The notes beneath the pieces were generated by a model. The model ran no database searches, had not been told where the DNA came from, and saw only the letters and a list, made by a program, of their open reading frames with translations. DNA of 64,000 nucleotides. Origin: Takakia lepidozioides. Taxonomy: Eukaryota; Plantae; Bryophyta. The position numbers were made by a program, and so were the translations under genes. The stretch spans positions 23,002,001-23,066,000 of the forward strand of contig CM060731.1 in NCBI GenBank assembly GCA_030704615.1, in the 5' to 3' direction. Of the stretch, positions 14,701 through 27,640 are shown one piece after another; position 1 is the first letter of the stretch, and the number at the start of each line of letters is the position of its first letter.

Positions 14701-15112
14701 CAGAGAGACAATCGCCGTAAAGCAAATTTGAACAGAGGCACTGGATATACTTCTGCCTGCACTTCTATACAGATGCGCACCCTCCAGGCCCAGCTACTTA
14801 CCACCGACTTCAAATCAGGTCGCAATCAATCCGCCACGAAGCAAGAGAAACAGGGCAAAGTCTGAACAACAGGAGAGGAAAACAAAACAAGGACAGGCAC
14901 CCGCGCTGGAAAACCACACTTCATTTCACATGGATATGTCAACATTGCAATCCAGTGGACAGAGCTTAATAGAGACAGATACCATCAAAAGTAACATTGG
15001 GGCGGCCGAAGTCCCCACCAGCTGCCTGAGTACCAGAGGTAGAAGGTGCAGCGGCTTGGCGATGGAAGTCATTCGACTGTTGTTGCACTACCTGCATCTG
15101 AGACCCTTCCAT
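8734..15112 (-). CDS. FY: FY / WDR33 (Pfs2-like) WD40 pre-mRNA 3'-end processing factor, about 16 coding exons
   Basis: GT-AG exons join to give MEGSQMQ...FDG|[23 protein letters not shown]|...AAAVD|[35 protein letters not shown]|[32 protein letters not shown]|[25 protein letters not shown]...|[21 protein letters not shown]|...|[20 protein letters not shown]|...[16 protein letters not shown], then a Pro/Gly/Met-rich tail ending [10 protein letters not shown]. Confidence 0.93.
13230..13530 (+). mobile_element. Ty3/gypsy-type aspartic protease remnant inside an FY intron
   Basis: [12 protein letters not shown]...[29 protein letters not shown] resembles the C-terminal half of retropepsins (D-x-I-L-G-M). 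It is antisense within the roughly 790-bp intron at 12835-13620. Confidence 0.6.
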
Positions 15113-17199
15113 TGTGCTAGATTCCACCTCTAACTCCCATCGTCATCACCACTATCACTTCCCACCCCTAGCATCGCCTGCTCAAGCTCACAGCGGATGC
15201 CTGCACTGTTGTGCATGCAAATTAGGTCAAGCCTGTGCAAGCCAACCACATGCGACTATCTTCTCTTCTCTTCTATTCTCGTGTTGTGTTGTGACCAGTT
15301 CACCTTTTTGGCAAGCTTAAAGTGAACGGCCATAAATAGGTATCTCCGCGAGTCTTCTCTTCAAGTGAGCCTCGACCTTGTTTTGAATTGTTTTCCAAGT
15401 TTCCAACGGACGCTTCAGCGATCGCGATGTAGTTTGTACAACGGTACAACTCAGTGATGCTCTGCAATTGGCAGAGGATGTTGTGACCGCATCATTCTTC
15501 ACAGTACCTCATAATCATCATTCAGGGTTGCGGATTGCGTAGGGTTCCTCATCCTCTCGAGATCATCGGGTTCCGTGATTGTGGATGTGAATGCAGCGAC
15601 TGCGGCTGGGGCTTGTGGAGGACAAAGGCAGGCTAGGGTTTAGCCATTGGAGGACATGATCGTCCTCGATGGGCCCACATCGTACATCCCCATTCAAGAG
15701 ATGATGCGGAAAGAATCCAAGTCACAATCTTTCGGTGGAAATGCGAGCCAGGCCCAAGACTCCCTGTTGATTGTTTGATGCTGAGACTGATGATCCAGGA
15801 GGGTGAAGAGGGGGAAGTCATTTGGTGATCTGATCTGAATCACGCCAAATGACACATTGGACTGTTCTTGGACTACAGACGCCCTTCAGGCTCAACTGCC
15901 AGGATCCAGAGAGGTCCACTAACAGTAATACGGATACACAAAAGCAAGAGAAGCCTCACCTGTAGTCACAAAGGTATTTTCTGGCATTACTTGGAGGAAA
16001 GGGATGAGGGGAAGTAACCACTGCAGTTGTTCAGGATATTTCAGAAACATTCCCACGCAATGAACACAACATGACAAAGCTCATCACATTGCCAAGTCCC
16101 TCAATAACTTACCTGTCATACCAACAAGAATATGAAGATGCATACACTGGCAAGCTTCACAAACCTACCAATGCCAACTACAGCATTACATTTCTTTGCA
16201 CTCATTCGAATACTGGAAGCTGGAACCCCATTTCCATGACCAAATGTAAATCCTTTACACATTGCCCAAAGTATATCAATGAGATCCCAGGCCTAGGCAC
16301 TTGATATACCTGATGTTTCAAAAAGACAGTGCTGGTACTCATACAATATTTAAGTCTCAAGGCAACCCATGCCCACTAAGTGCCTCACATGGGATTTCCA
16401 GTTGCTCGCGTCTCACACAGAATACCCACTGAAACTTCTTGTCTTGAGACCATAGCAGTAACTACATCATTTCTACATGGCTCACTTCACCCCACCCCCT
16501 CCAAATCTGGACTGAGATCTGGCTTGGTCATAATTACCGCTCAGAAATTGCAGGACAAGTACAGAACAACTTCCAACAGAACGGTGCTACCACCATGGCC
16601 ACCCACAAGTGCAAGGTTCTGCACTCTTTCTGCCTTTCCAACCAGGCCTGGTGTCAAACCAGAGCCAAAAACAACCAAACAACGTAGCCCACTCCGCTCA
16701 GTAAGTCAATCCCTTGCAGTCCAACTTCTGGCAGGACCCGACAGAGGAAGCAGTGAGGATAGTCAAGCCTTAGGGGTAACCCTCACCAATGTCTTGTGGC
16801 CAAAATCTTTCAAAATAAGAGATACTGGTAGGCAGTATTTTGTGGAGAGCCAGACAGGGCCTTTCTGTTGTAACCAGCTGCCATCTGTGTCATTCCATCC
16901 CTTGGCTCTCAGGCACATAATAAAGTAGAGTGTTTGGCAGCTGCTCTCACCACATTCTCTGTAGTGCAAAAGGTGAAAGAAAACCAAATATTTAACTTGA
17001 TTATCTCGCACCCTTCTTCCCTTGTTTCTTTTTCTTTGTCTCAGCCTTCTTTCCTTCTTGTCCTCTTCAGTAAGAAAGGAGCTCAGACCAACAGAAAGCA
17101 AGGAGAAAAAGCCAAAATTGTCATCACAGATAGCCCTCAGAAGAACTGTGACTTCTCTAACTTCAATGTATCATGGGGAACTGGAAAGAGAACTATCAG

Positions 17200-20100
17200 T
17201 CATCTACTTACCGACTTCTCAGTACCACCTATTGTCAACTCAGTTGGGGTTGATGCTGGGTCCAGCTCCCAACAACTATCTGACAAGCCTGGAACTTCCT
17301 TCTCTTTGATTCGGTGACATGGTACTCGATGAGAGAATCTCTGAAGCTCTTTGGGCCATGCAAGCTGAACCTCAGACCCGGTGGGCTTCCAGAGAGTCCT
17401 GAACCCAGCGATTTTTACCAGGAACACAATACTGCCCCCAACCGTGGAGGAGAAATCGCTTTTAACTTCCACCATCTCATAATTAAATGTGGTTTGACCC
17501 TTTGCTCTTGATTTAAGGCACTCCTTGTCCCAATCCCTGTAAAGGGCCCATACCTCCCCAACTTTGGGGTAGATTTTCAGCACTCCCTTTGGGCCCCTGT
17601 CAATGAGCTGAAAATGCGAGAACATGTTGATTTGGTCAAATTCTGTTGTTTGAGTGGTCTTGAACTCACCACTACTTAGGGAGAGGCCATGTGCCTGCAG
17701 CCATGCAGATACTTGCTTAGTGCAGTTTACAGACTCCAGCCAAAAACCAACCACCTTGAATGGAGCTTGTGACACCTTTGTTATCCGGCAATAAAAACGG
17801 GGCATGCCATCTTGGTCATCATAGATAGCCCAGATTTGGCCCGCCTTCATGTTTATTTCGGTGCGATCAGCATCGAAATCATAGAAATCCGGGTCCGGAA
17901 CAGTGATAGGAATGCTTACACCCAGCTGCATTGCCTCGTCCTCACTTTCCTCTGTCACCTCACAGCTTTCAAAGCCAACAGTTTGGTCCTTCTTGGTACT
18001 CACCTGATTATTTAGCTCCCTTTTCCCATTTTGCAAAGAGTTCAAGCAAGCATCCTCCCTCACTGAAACTGCTGCCTCCATCCCTGGACACACCAATCTA
18101 GGATCTTCTAAGCCTGCAACTTGTTTCTCCTCCATTCCAAACTGTATCTTTCCAGACTCTCTTGCCAGCCTCTTTTTCAGCTGCCGTCCTCCCTCCATCT
18201 TTCCAGTGTCTTTGACAAGCCCTTCCCTCACCAACCCCCCGCCCGTAGCCCTTATCTCTCTCCTAAATTTCTCTGTCATCAGGACTCTGTCACTAGTCTC
18301 CTTTGCACCCACAATAAGACTATCCCCCTCCTTGAAGTTGCCCTCTTCTTTCCCCTTCTTAAAAAAAGCTGTGACCCTACCTTGCCAGTCCCTCTCCCCT
18401 CTACCACCTGCAAATAATTTTGAATCCTTGCTGTCATCCCTACTCTCTGCCATGCAGTCATCTACAATTGCTTTCCCCTTCTCTACCCTACGCTCACTGG
18501 CTGAGACCCTCCTGTCCCACCCTTCTTCCTTACTCTTCCCATCAGCAACCTCTGCTCCTGCATCCACCCCAGCTTTCTTGGCTGGAAATCGTTCTATATC
18601 TTCATCATCACTTGCACCAACTTCATGAATGTCTTTCTTTCTATTCTGCCCTGGCTGGTGATCATCAACAATTGACTTCCCCTTCTCTACCCTACTCTCG
18701 CTGGCCAAGTTGCTCTCGTCCCTCCCTTCTCCCTTTCTCTTCCCAGCAGCAACCTCTGCTCCTGCATCCACCCCGGAATTCTTTGGCGGAAATTCCCCCA
18801 TCTCTTCTTCGTCACTCCCATCAACTTTATATGTGACATTCCTTCTATTCCTCCCTGATCGCCGGGGCATCATTACCCTTGTGGAAGGGCCATGTGTAGC
18901 TGCCACACTTGAGGCAGCCTGGTCTGCGCTAACAGAACACATCTCATCCATCAGGTCCTCTCCTTCCTTCTCAGTTTCCTCGTTCTCGTCCTCCTCTCCA
19001 ACCTTTCTTCTCCTTTTCAGTGACCGTCCCTTGGGTCCCGCTTTATCAGTTGCTTTCCTCTTGGCTTCAAATCTCCCAATCATCTCCTTTCGCTTAGCCA
19101 TTAATCGGACAAGGGCCTCACGTGCCTTCATTTCTTCTTTTGCCTTTTTCAGTGCCTCTTTCTCTTGTCTGCGCAGGTCCTTCTCCTTCTCCTTCTCCTT
19201 CCTTTTTGCTTCTCTCTCTTCCTCAACCCTATCTCTTTTCACTTTTTGGTACGTTTCCTGGACCACATTTGAAGCAACTCCAGCTTCGGCTCCGGATACC
19301 TTGCTAGCAGCATGAGTTGTTGATGATTGTGGAGCACCTTGCGTATTACTGGGACAACAGTTCATTCCACCATTCGCAAATCCATTGCCAGCAGCTGGTG
19401 CAGTTGCCCCATCTACCTTGGGATTGAAGCCTTGATGTAGATTGGGGGTGGGAGCAGGGGAAGAACGCATCCAGCTTTTGAGGTTTGTGCCATTTGGTTG
19501 TGTTGTATTGATATCCTGGGCCAGAAATGGCTTGTTGCATTTCTGACAAAGAAGTTGGTGATTTAAGTACTTTCTCAAATACTGGTATTGCATTCGGCAG
19601 AGTGGACATGAGGTCCAGAAAGTGTGAGAAGCATTGGGGGCGGGTGCGGGCGGGGCTGAAAATTGTGTCCCCGAAAAGTGTGGCACCTGAGAGACAGTTC
19701 GCGGCGGCTGATACATTGTGGTGAAAGCTGGTTTGGACCCCGAGGCTCGCATCTGAATCTCTGATCCCTTGGGCTTGGATCCTCGTCTCATGTCATGTAC
19801 TGCCCTCTTCACCTTGTCAGAGAGTACTCCAAAAGCCTCCCCAACAAGTTTAAATGCTGCCTCTGCCCCCACGGACTTATTCTTGTCAGGATGCAGTAGC
19901 AGTGCCAGCTTCCGATACTGTCGCTTGATGCTGCTCTCATCTGAAACAGGGTCAACCTGCCGCCACTCACAGAGACACAGGTCAAGACCTCGGTGCAAGA
20001 ACAGGCATCAAAAGGAATAACGACCCCAAAGTTCAGCCACATTTAGTCCTCAGGTAGGGGTATTCACTGTTGACTGGTACACAGACTCTCTTAGCAGGGG

Positions 20101-20972
20101 AAGTGCAGTCAAAAGTCCACTAGGACAGCACCAAGCTCCTGATCCGTAACTGATTTCATCCTAGTGGCAGAGGAAGCTTGGCCAAAAACCCTTCAGAATG
20201 TGTGATGACTTTAAAGCAGTACTCTTACAGCTATACAATTCTTAGCAATGTAAGTAATGGGACAGAGTAGAAACCAAACAGCCAGCTCCCCATTCTTCAT
20301 TGCCGGACAACTTGAGCCTCACTCCAAAGCTTGCAATGGATACATACTCTCTCGTCCCCACTTTAAACTCAAATGGGAGATCATCATGTTTTCCCAATTT
20401 CACAACCCTGAAGGAATACTGAGAAGAAGTACAACCCACATAAACAACTTCCAATGCAGGTAGGTGTGTTCATCCTGGAATGTGACACAGATCCATGCAC
20501 TAAGTTCTTTAGGGTCCATGTGATGAGCAACTATATTACTATATTGGGAGCAGTTGGCTGGCTTCTGTGGAAGCTGCGTGACAGGGCAATACTCTCACTC
20601 CACTGGTGCTTCTAAGGCTCTAACCTCCTACACTCTAAACAGACTAGATATTAGAGGTTGAAAGAAGAAACTACATGAGGGGCTATCGGAAGAGATAGAG
20701 AGACGTCGAGAGTGTGAACACGAGAATTAGACGAGTACAAAAGCATCACTCACCTGAAGAATGCCATACCAATCCGTTTCATTGACCGCGACTTTGACCT
20801 GTGCCACACTGTGGACGTCTATCACCGCCAGCATTTGTGAAATGCCTTCAAGCGCCGGGAACAGCTGCTGCGCCTTGAGCACAAACTTCTTGGCACCTGA
20901 AAAATCGCGTAATGCATACTTCCTTTCCGCAATCTCTTTAGCCCGCAATGCCTCATCCTTGTTGCACTCCAT
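17200..20972 (-). CDS. DnaJ-domain / Zn-ribbon / DUF3444 protein
   Basis: Exon 1 is 20972-20754 (MECNKDEALRAKEIAE...DWYGILQ|gtgagt). Exon 2 starts at 19956 with a J domain (YRKLALLLHPDKNK), TFWTSCPLC...CQKCNKPFLA, and DUF3444 (PDPDFYDFD...GQIWAIYDDQDGMPRFY...IYPKVGEVWALYRDW...WELDPASTP). A gtaagt donor near 17211 may add a short last exon. Confidence 0.92.
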
Positions 20973-23199
20973 TCCGACACTTCCCGCCTGTTCCGGAATC
21001 AATTACTGTCTCTCTCGCCTGTCAGTCCATCTCGAGGGTTTCCGTGAGATATGGAGTGGGATTGAAAGGACCCGGAGATATGTGTCACACTGTTGAGCAC
21101 TGGTGAAATGAGTGACGAAATACAACCGCCACTCAATTGGGCCTATTGATTCAATCACCGAGGGGTGACAAGCTCACCTCAATACTTCCACCGATGACAA
21201 CAAAAACCCCTTACTGCTGTAGATTCTGCTGATATTTCGTTTCAAGGGTATGAAACCTTGGAGGCTCCAATCTAGTGCACTCAGACGCCAAATGTTTCCC
21301 TACAAATTACGCTTCCTCCCTCAAACGGCTTGCCGTCCGCTCCTTCAGCTTCCTCCGCCACCAGGGTCTCTCCATAGCTTCTGCCTCTCTCTTCTTGTCC
21401 GGAGATAACAACCTGAACAGGAAATGCAGTGCCAGAGCCCCAATTACGTAGACTTCAAGCACACTTTGCCCTTTATCTCCATTCCTGTAGGTCTGTGCTC
21501 CTGGAGAATATCACGGCAATGCCAGCTGCAAATGACCCATGCATCCGCTAACGACCACTGTTTGCGAAATTTACGATTTCCAAGTCCTGCGAGGAAAAAA
21601 ACTCCAGCAAAGCAACACTAGGCACGATTACTACCCGAACCCATGCAGCGCATCACACGACGGTGCAAGAGGTTCGCTTCCAAAAAATGCCAGCAATGCG
21701 GGAGTGGGGTTATGCACAAAAGTGCAACCAACGGCCAAGACAGTAAAAACCCCAAAATTCGAGATCTGATCAAACCACCCACGCACAAGATGAATAACAA
21801 TCTCCTTGGAACACCGGCCTGACTAAGCACAGGCTGGAGGGAGACTCCGCACACAAGGCCACAGACCTCAGATAGAGAATGCTCAGAGGGCAGTAAAAAT
21901 GCAACAGAGAATGAAACGGAGATGAATGAGACCAAGAAAGCGCCAAAAAGGGACTGATCACCGGGCAATCGGAGAGCAAAGGCTCAGGCAGGCATGCAGA
22001 CGAAATGCGAGGGCTACTAGCGCGGGCGTGCTGTGCAAATAACGCGGGAGGGGCGGCCATGGGTGCATGGGAGCTCCTAGGGCACCACCGAGAGGGAGCC
22101 CCAGTAAGTAAAGCTTGAAGGATGGGTCGCAATCCGAGAGCCAGGGACCAGAACCCCCGTCTCGTCTCCCATTCAAGTGTTGCTCGCGAGCGGGAGCCCT
22201 CCCCCGCGCCGCACCTCCCCCCACCCTTGCCCCGGGTGGCGCCCGCGCGATCCTCGGAGGCCCCCGGGTTTGAACCCAGCACCTGGCTCTGTTGAACCGG
22301 CACGTGGCAACCAAACAAACGAGCGTCCTTTTCGTTGGCGGGGAATTAGGTCAGGGCCTTCAATGCCCGTCGCCTTAGTAGTATTAACTGTTGCGAATTA
22401 TTTGCAATTACCTATTAGAGAAAAAAGTAAACCAATTAATAGCGCGGGTATTCACCGTACTAAGCTAGGTATGGAGTATGTAGTTCTAGGTTCGTCTTCG
22501 TACACATCACATCATGCTTTAGAAAGACGGCTCTGGCTATACTGTTTATTTACTTATTTATAAATATCAATTGAATTAAATAACTTTCAGCAGTCCAGGT
22601 GCATGCAATCTCTATCCGCCAATGGGTGATAGACAGGTGGCCGATGGCTGGACTTGTGATTGGACAGACAAGTAAAGCAACTCACCGATTGTAGGGGGTC
22701 TTGATTGGTGGGCGTACCGACGGATGTACAAGGGGTGCTCGTGTTGATGGATGAATGTGTGCATCCTGAATCCTCTGCAGGTGCGCTCTCTAATCTGAAC
22801 TACACACCCCACTACACAGCCCAAGCTTTAGTGCATACACGTAGAGGAAAGGAACATAAATGCTAGGTTTGTATTATTGAAATTGATAATATGTGCTCCA
22901 AAAATACAGATGAAATTAACGCTGAATTTAAAAAAAAAAGTAATTGACCATCCATCGTGAAAAGTTAAAACCCCCGTTTCCTAAATGTTCCCAAAGGTTC
23001 GCATCAAAACCCCAGAAGGAAGGATGAGCGTTTCTGGTTACCCATGAAGCTGGGTTCTGAGGATTTATGTCACAGAATTCCCACAGAGATTGTAGTACTG
23101 AGAACTGCTACTTCTTCCTTGCTTGTTGCACAAAGAATCCCCACAAGAACAAAGCCCATCTTGGAAGTGGTGAAACAGATTGCCATCCCACACAAAAAC

Positions 23200-23850
23200 T
23201 GCTCACCCCAGCACCCTTTGAGCTGAACTTGGTGGCATTGTGTCGGTCACCACATACTTGTAGGCTATCTGATGAAGCGGATAGGCATCCCAGGGTGGTG
23301 TGCTGATCAGCCCAAACGCAATGGCCAGCTTCTCACTGTGGTGGCAAAGAGAGAATTCCTTTTCCTCCTCCCCCAACATCATGCAATACAAAACACATGC
23401 GTACCCAGCCTGCTTCATCTGCCCAGTTACTATCTTCACCTCAATTCCGTGGATGCGATGTGTTGTCTACAGCAAATGTATGTACCTGCTTGTCCTCCTC
23501 AATCCAGCTGCACTCTGCCTCCTTTCCAAAATTCTGTCCTTTGTCATCACCTTTACCACATCATCCAACCTGCCAGCAGCTGCATATATTTGACAGCAGC
23601 ACGGAAGTTGGCTCTCCACAATGCAGCTCTAGTTCCATATTATTGGCATATTATCCCTTATCCCATCCCCCCGCACGACCAAGAAGGTCCATCATGCAGC
23701 CACAAGGATGCATTTAGGAGCGAGGCCACAATGGTGACAGCCTTCCCCACTACTCCCACATGACCACATGCAGAGAGAAGACGCTTAGGTGACACCATTG
23801 GCTTCAAGCCATCCTCCCTAACCCACACGCTCAGCACAGGCTTCAAGTAT
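23200..23850 (-). pseudogene. Degenerate PPR-E-DYW relic
   Basis: GLKP...LLSACGHVG, AAAYI-type E region, QMKQAGY and [20 protein letters not shown], with many frameshifts. Confidence 0.85.
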
Positions 23851-23854
23851 CAGG

Positions 23855-24987
23855 ATCCAGCTTTTGAGGTTTCTGCCACATGGTTGTGTTGTATTGATAT
23901 CCAGGGCCAGAAATGACTTCCTGCATTTCTGAAAAAGACATGTGATTTAAGAAGGTTATCGAATCCGGCAGAGTGGACGTGAGGTCCAGGAAGTCTAAGA
24001 AGGGGCATTGAGCTGAAAAATGTGGTGCCTGTGAGGTGGTTTGTGGTGGCTGATAGGTTGTTGTGAAAGCTGGTTTGGACCCTAGGGCTCGCATCTGAAT
24101 CTGTGATCCCTTGAGCTTGGATCCTAGTGCATGTCATGCACTGCCCTCTTCACCTTGTCGGAGAGTACTCCAAAAGCCTCCCCAACAAGTTTAAATGCTG
24201 CCTCTGCCCCCACGGACTTATTCTTGTCAGGATGCAGTAGCAGTGCCAGCTTCCGATACTGTCGCCTGATACTGCTCTCATCTGAAACAGGGTCAACCTG
24301 CCACCATTCACAAAGACAGGTTATGAGAACAATGGTATCAAAAGGATAACGACCCCAAAGTTCAGTCCTCAGGCAGGGGTATTCACTGTTGATTGGTACA
24401 CGGACTCTCTTTGCAGGGGAAGTGCAGTCAAAAGTCAGTTCAGAGAGCACCAAGCTCCTCATACGTAACTCAGGCATGCAGCCTCATAACCAGTCCCAGG
24501 ACAAGCTGCATATCAGTATTCTGCACGATTCGGGAAAGCGGTCATAAAAGATCGCTCTTCTCCCAATGAGTCAGTATGACCTGCATTTTGGGAGCAGTTG
24601 GCTGACTTCCACAGAAGATGTATGATAGGGCAATACTCTCACTCCAATGGTGCTTCTGAGACCACTCTAATCAGATTAGATCTTAGAGGTTGAAAGAATG
24701 TAGATAGAGGGGCTATCAGAAGAGATAGAGAGAGAAGCGAACACAGGAAGTACGAAAGCATCACTCACCTGGAGAATGCCATACCAATCCGTTTCATTTC
24801 CCGCACCTTTCACCTGTGCCACACTGTGGACCTCTATCACCGCCAGCATTTGTGAAATGCCTTCAAGCGCCGGGAACAGCTGCTGCGCCTTGAGCACAAA
24901 CTTCTTGGCGCCTGCAAAATCGCGTAATGCATACTTCCTTTGCGCAATCTCTTTAGCGCGCAATGCCTCATCCTTGTTGCACTCCAT
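23855..24987 (-). pseudogene. Truncated tandem duplicate of the DnaJ-DUF3444 gene; may still encode a J-domain-only protein
   Basis: Exon 1 and the start of exon 2 are near-identical to 20972-20754 and 19956 onward. The frame stops at VHDMH* (24124) and the homologous sequence after it is frameshifted. Upstream sequence (about 25000-25470 vs 21000-21545) is also duplicated. Confidence 0.85.
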
Positions 24988-27640
24988 TCCGTCACTTGCC
25001 GCCTGTTCCGGAATCGATTACCGTCTCTCTCGCCTGTCAGTCCATCTTGAGAGGTTCCGTGAGGTAAGGAGTGGGATTGAAAGGACCCACTGTTGGGCAC
25101 TGGTGAAACGAGTAACGAGACACAACCGCCACTCAGTGAGACCTACTTCATACAATCACCGCGGGATGACAAGCTCACCTCAATGCTTCCACAGATGACA
25201 ACAGGAAACCCTTACTGCTGTCACTCTGCTCACATTCAGGTTGTCACGGAAATGAACCTTGCAGGCTCCAATCTTGTGTACTCAGACGCCAAGTGCTTGC
25301 CTACTGCCTCTCTCTTCTTCTGATGAAATATCACAAGCAGACGACCACAGGAAATGCAGTGCCAGAGCCCCAATTACATAGACTTCAAGCACACTTTGCC
25401 CCTCTTCTCCGTGAGCCTGTGCTCCTGGGGAATATCACGACAATGCCAGCTGCAAATGACCATGCATCCTCCAAGGATCACTGGTCGCTCGCTCAAATCG
25501 AGAAGTCGAATGCCCATGTCAGCTCCGTCTGGTCCGTTAATCTGCTGCTTGACAGGGATCCAAAGAGTAACGGACTGATGAGCCGTTACAGAAGGAACAG
25601 AGTGACATCCGGGAAGGGTGCTACTGGGGAACAATACACGGAATCGGCATCGCAACAGAATCTGTTGTGAATGCGTCCTGTGCTACAGCACGTCTGGAGG
25701 TTTTTCTCGCCATGTCTCAATTGAGAGATGTCGGAGGGGGAGAAGGAGAAGGGGCAGCCATGGCAGCGCGTACGTTATCATCGAGGCATGTCGGGGTGGT
25801 CTCAGAGACCTCCCCAAGGCTACGTTGCTTTGAATCCTGGCCCTGTTCTGAGAGTTCTAAGACTGTGTGGGTTGTACTCTTTGTACTTCCTTCTTTATTT
25901 TCGTATCAGATTCGATTGAGGTGTGTTTCAAACCAATTGCTGGGCAGTCGAGATCAGTGGAGGAGGAGACGGAGGTTTTTTGAGATGGGGATGAGTAAGG
26001 AGGTTAGGAGATGGAGAACAGTGAGCGACCACGCCTACCTGTGGTACCGTTCAGCAAGGAAATTCACAGACTGCACTTCAGTTACCCGCTTCTTCTCAGA
26101 TAATGGTGTGCAATGGCCAAGAGGATTTTGGGTTCAATGGTAGTTGTTTACTACAGAGTGGTAGTGGACCCCAATTTCTTTCTTGCATAATCACTATACT
26201 GTGGAAGGAAACTTCAAGGGTAGTTGTAATCGTTTCACCTGTTGGCGTGCTTGTGGGAAGGTTTGTGCACGGTTGGCAGTGTAATAGATTTTGGCAAGTT
26301 GTGAGGTAAAGGACAAAAGTGATGACGACCTGATGTGCGGTGTGTTATGTGTGGAACAGGTGGTTGTAAGTTCGTTGAGCTTTGTGGAATCAGAGAGTCA
26401 CCGTTGCCCTTTCATTTTCATTTCTGCTGCCTCCAAATTCAGGAGGGGGTCTATGGCCACAAGGTACGGCACTCAATTCATGAGCACATCTCTCTCTCCC
26501 TCTCTCTCCCTCCCTGACCCTGCTAAATGAAGCTAACTTGGAGGCTGAAGTGCCGAAGGCCATGTCGGAGGAAGCACGAAGAATGTCCGAACAAAACGAA
26601 GTTAAGCATAAAACTTTCCTGAACTTGGTTCCAGTTGTGAGGACCTGGATGATCTGAAGGGCCTACCACTAGACACACCCACACCCCCGGCATTAGACTG
26701 AAATCTAAACTCAGGGAGGGTCTGCCCTTGAAAAGTAAACAGATGCAGAGAGAAAAAGAGAGATTGCTAATGCTCGTCGTGCGGGCAGCCTGAAAACAAT
26801 ATCCATTTACTGATAGGATGTCTGGGGTATTCAGAGCGAGCCTCTTCAGGACCATCAAGAACATAGTCCCTGCACCTCTGTTCACCAGCTTTCAAAATTT
26901 CGAGGCCGAGAGTAAAGCCCTGGCCCTGTTGGGATGTAACTTATGGGCTGCTCACACATAGCAGATTGATACTTGCAGATTGACTCCTGTAATCAATAAT
27001 AGCGTATCGATGCTTGTTCATCACACTGCTGGAGTGAGCCCCTCACAAAGGTAGTGTCTATTCCCTCTTGTTCTGGCGGGGGGTCTATGGCACAAGGCTA
27101 TAGCAACTAATGTCTTCTGAGTATATTCTCTCCCCTCTTACCAGAAATTGTATATTGAAAAACCCCAAGCCGACGTGCTGCACAAATTCTGAGCTTATTT
27201 TCAGCCTTTAATGATGAGTGGGACATAATGAACGCCTCCACAGCTCCCACCCTCTGGCCATTTAGCTGAAGTTCAAACTAAGACTAGTCTGCCTACCCCA
27301 GGTGGGGAGAAGGGCATCCCTGTGCTTTAGGCTCAATGATCTTTACTTTTTCACCATTTTCACGTACAACTTGACCCAGTAATTCAGAGCTAAGAACACC
27401 CAGAACTTTCAGAACTGTCTAAGCCTTTCGACAATCTGACAGTCCTATCCTACAGAGATGCAACACCTGTGAATGGGAACGGGTGGCACTAGAAGTCACA
27501 TCATGCTTGGGAAGAAGGGAGGAGGTGTGAATTGTATGGAAGGTCGTCCTAGCATAGATGCATGAGCTGCCAAATATCTATATATATTCACTAGGGCTCC
27601 TTGATAGATAGTGGGGCTATTAGAAGCTGGCAAAGTTCTG

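Noticed and set aside
15113-17200. Read-through or chimeric DnaJ-FY transcript via the gtaagt donor at the end of the DnaJ ORF
   Set aside because: A nearby acceptor at about 17065 can close the DnaJ gene, and FY has its own ATG with an upstream in-frame stop. Nothing supports a fusion.
17314-20020. Long plus-strand ORFs opposite DnaJ, and similar antisense ORFs opposite the PPR, LINE and TnpD genes
   Set aside because: They are shadow ORFs of real coding sequence on the other strand.
21770-22320. GC-rich ORFs upstream of DnaJ
   Set aside because: Better explained as a GC-rich promoter or 5' UTR. No domain similarity.
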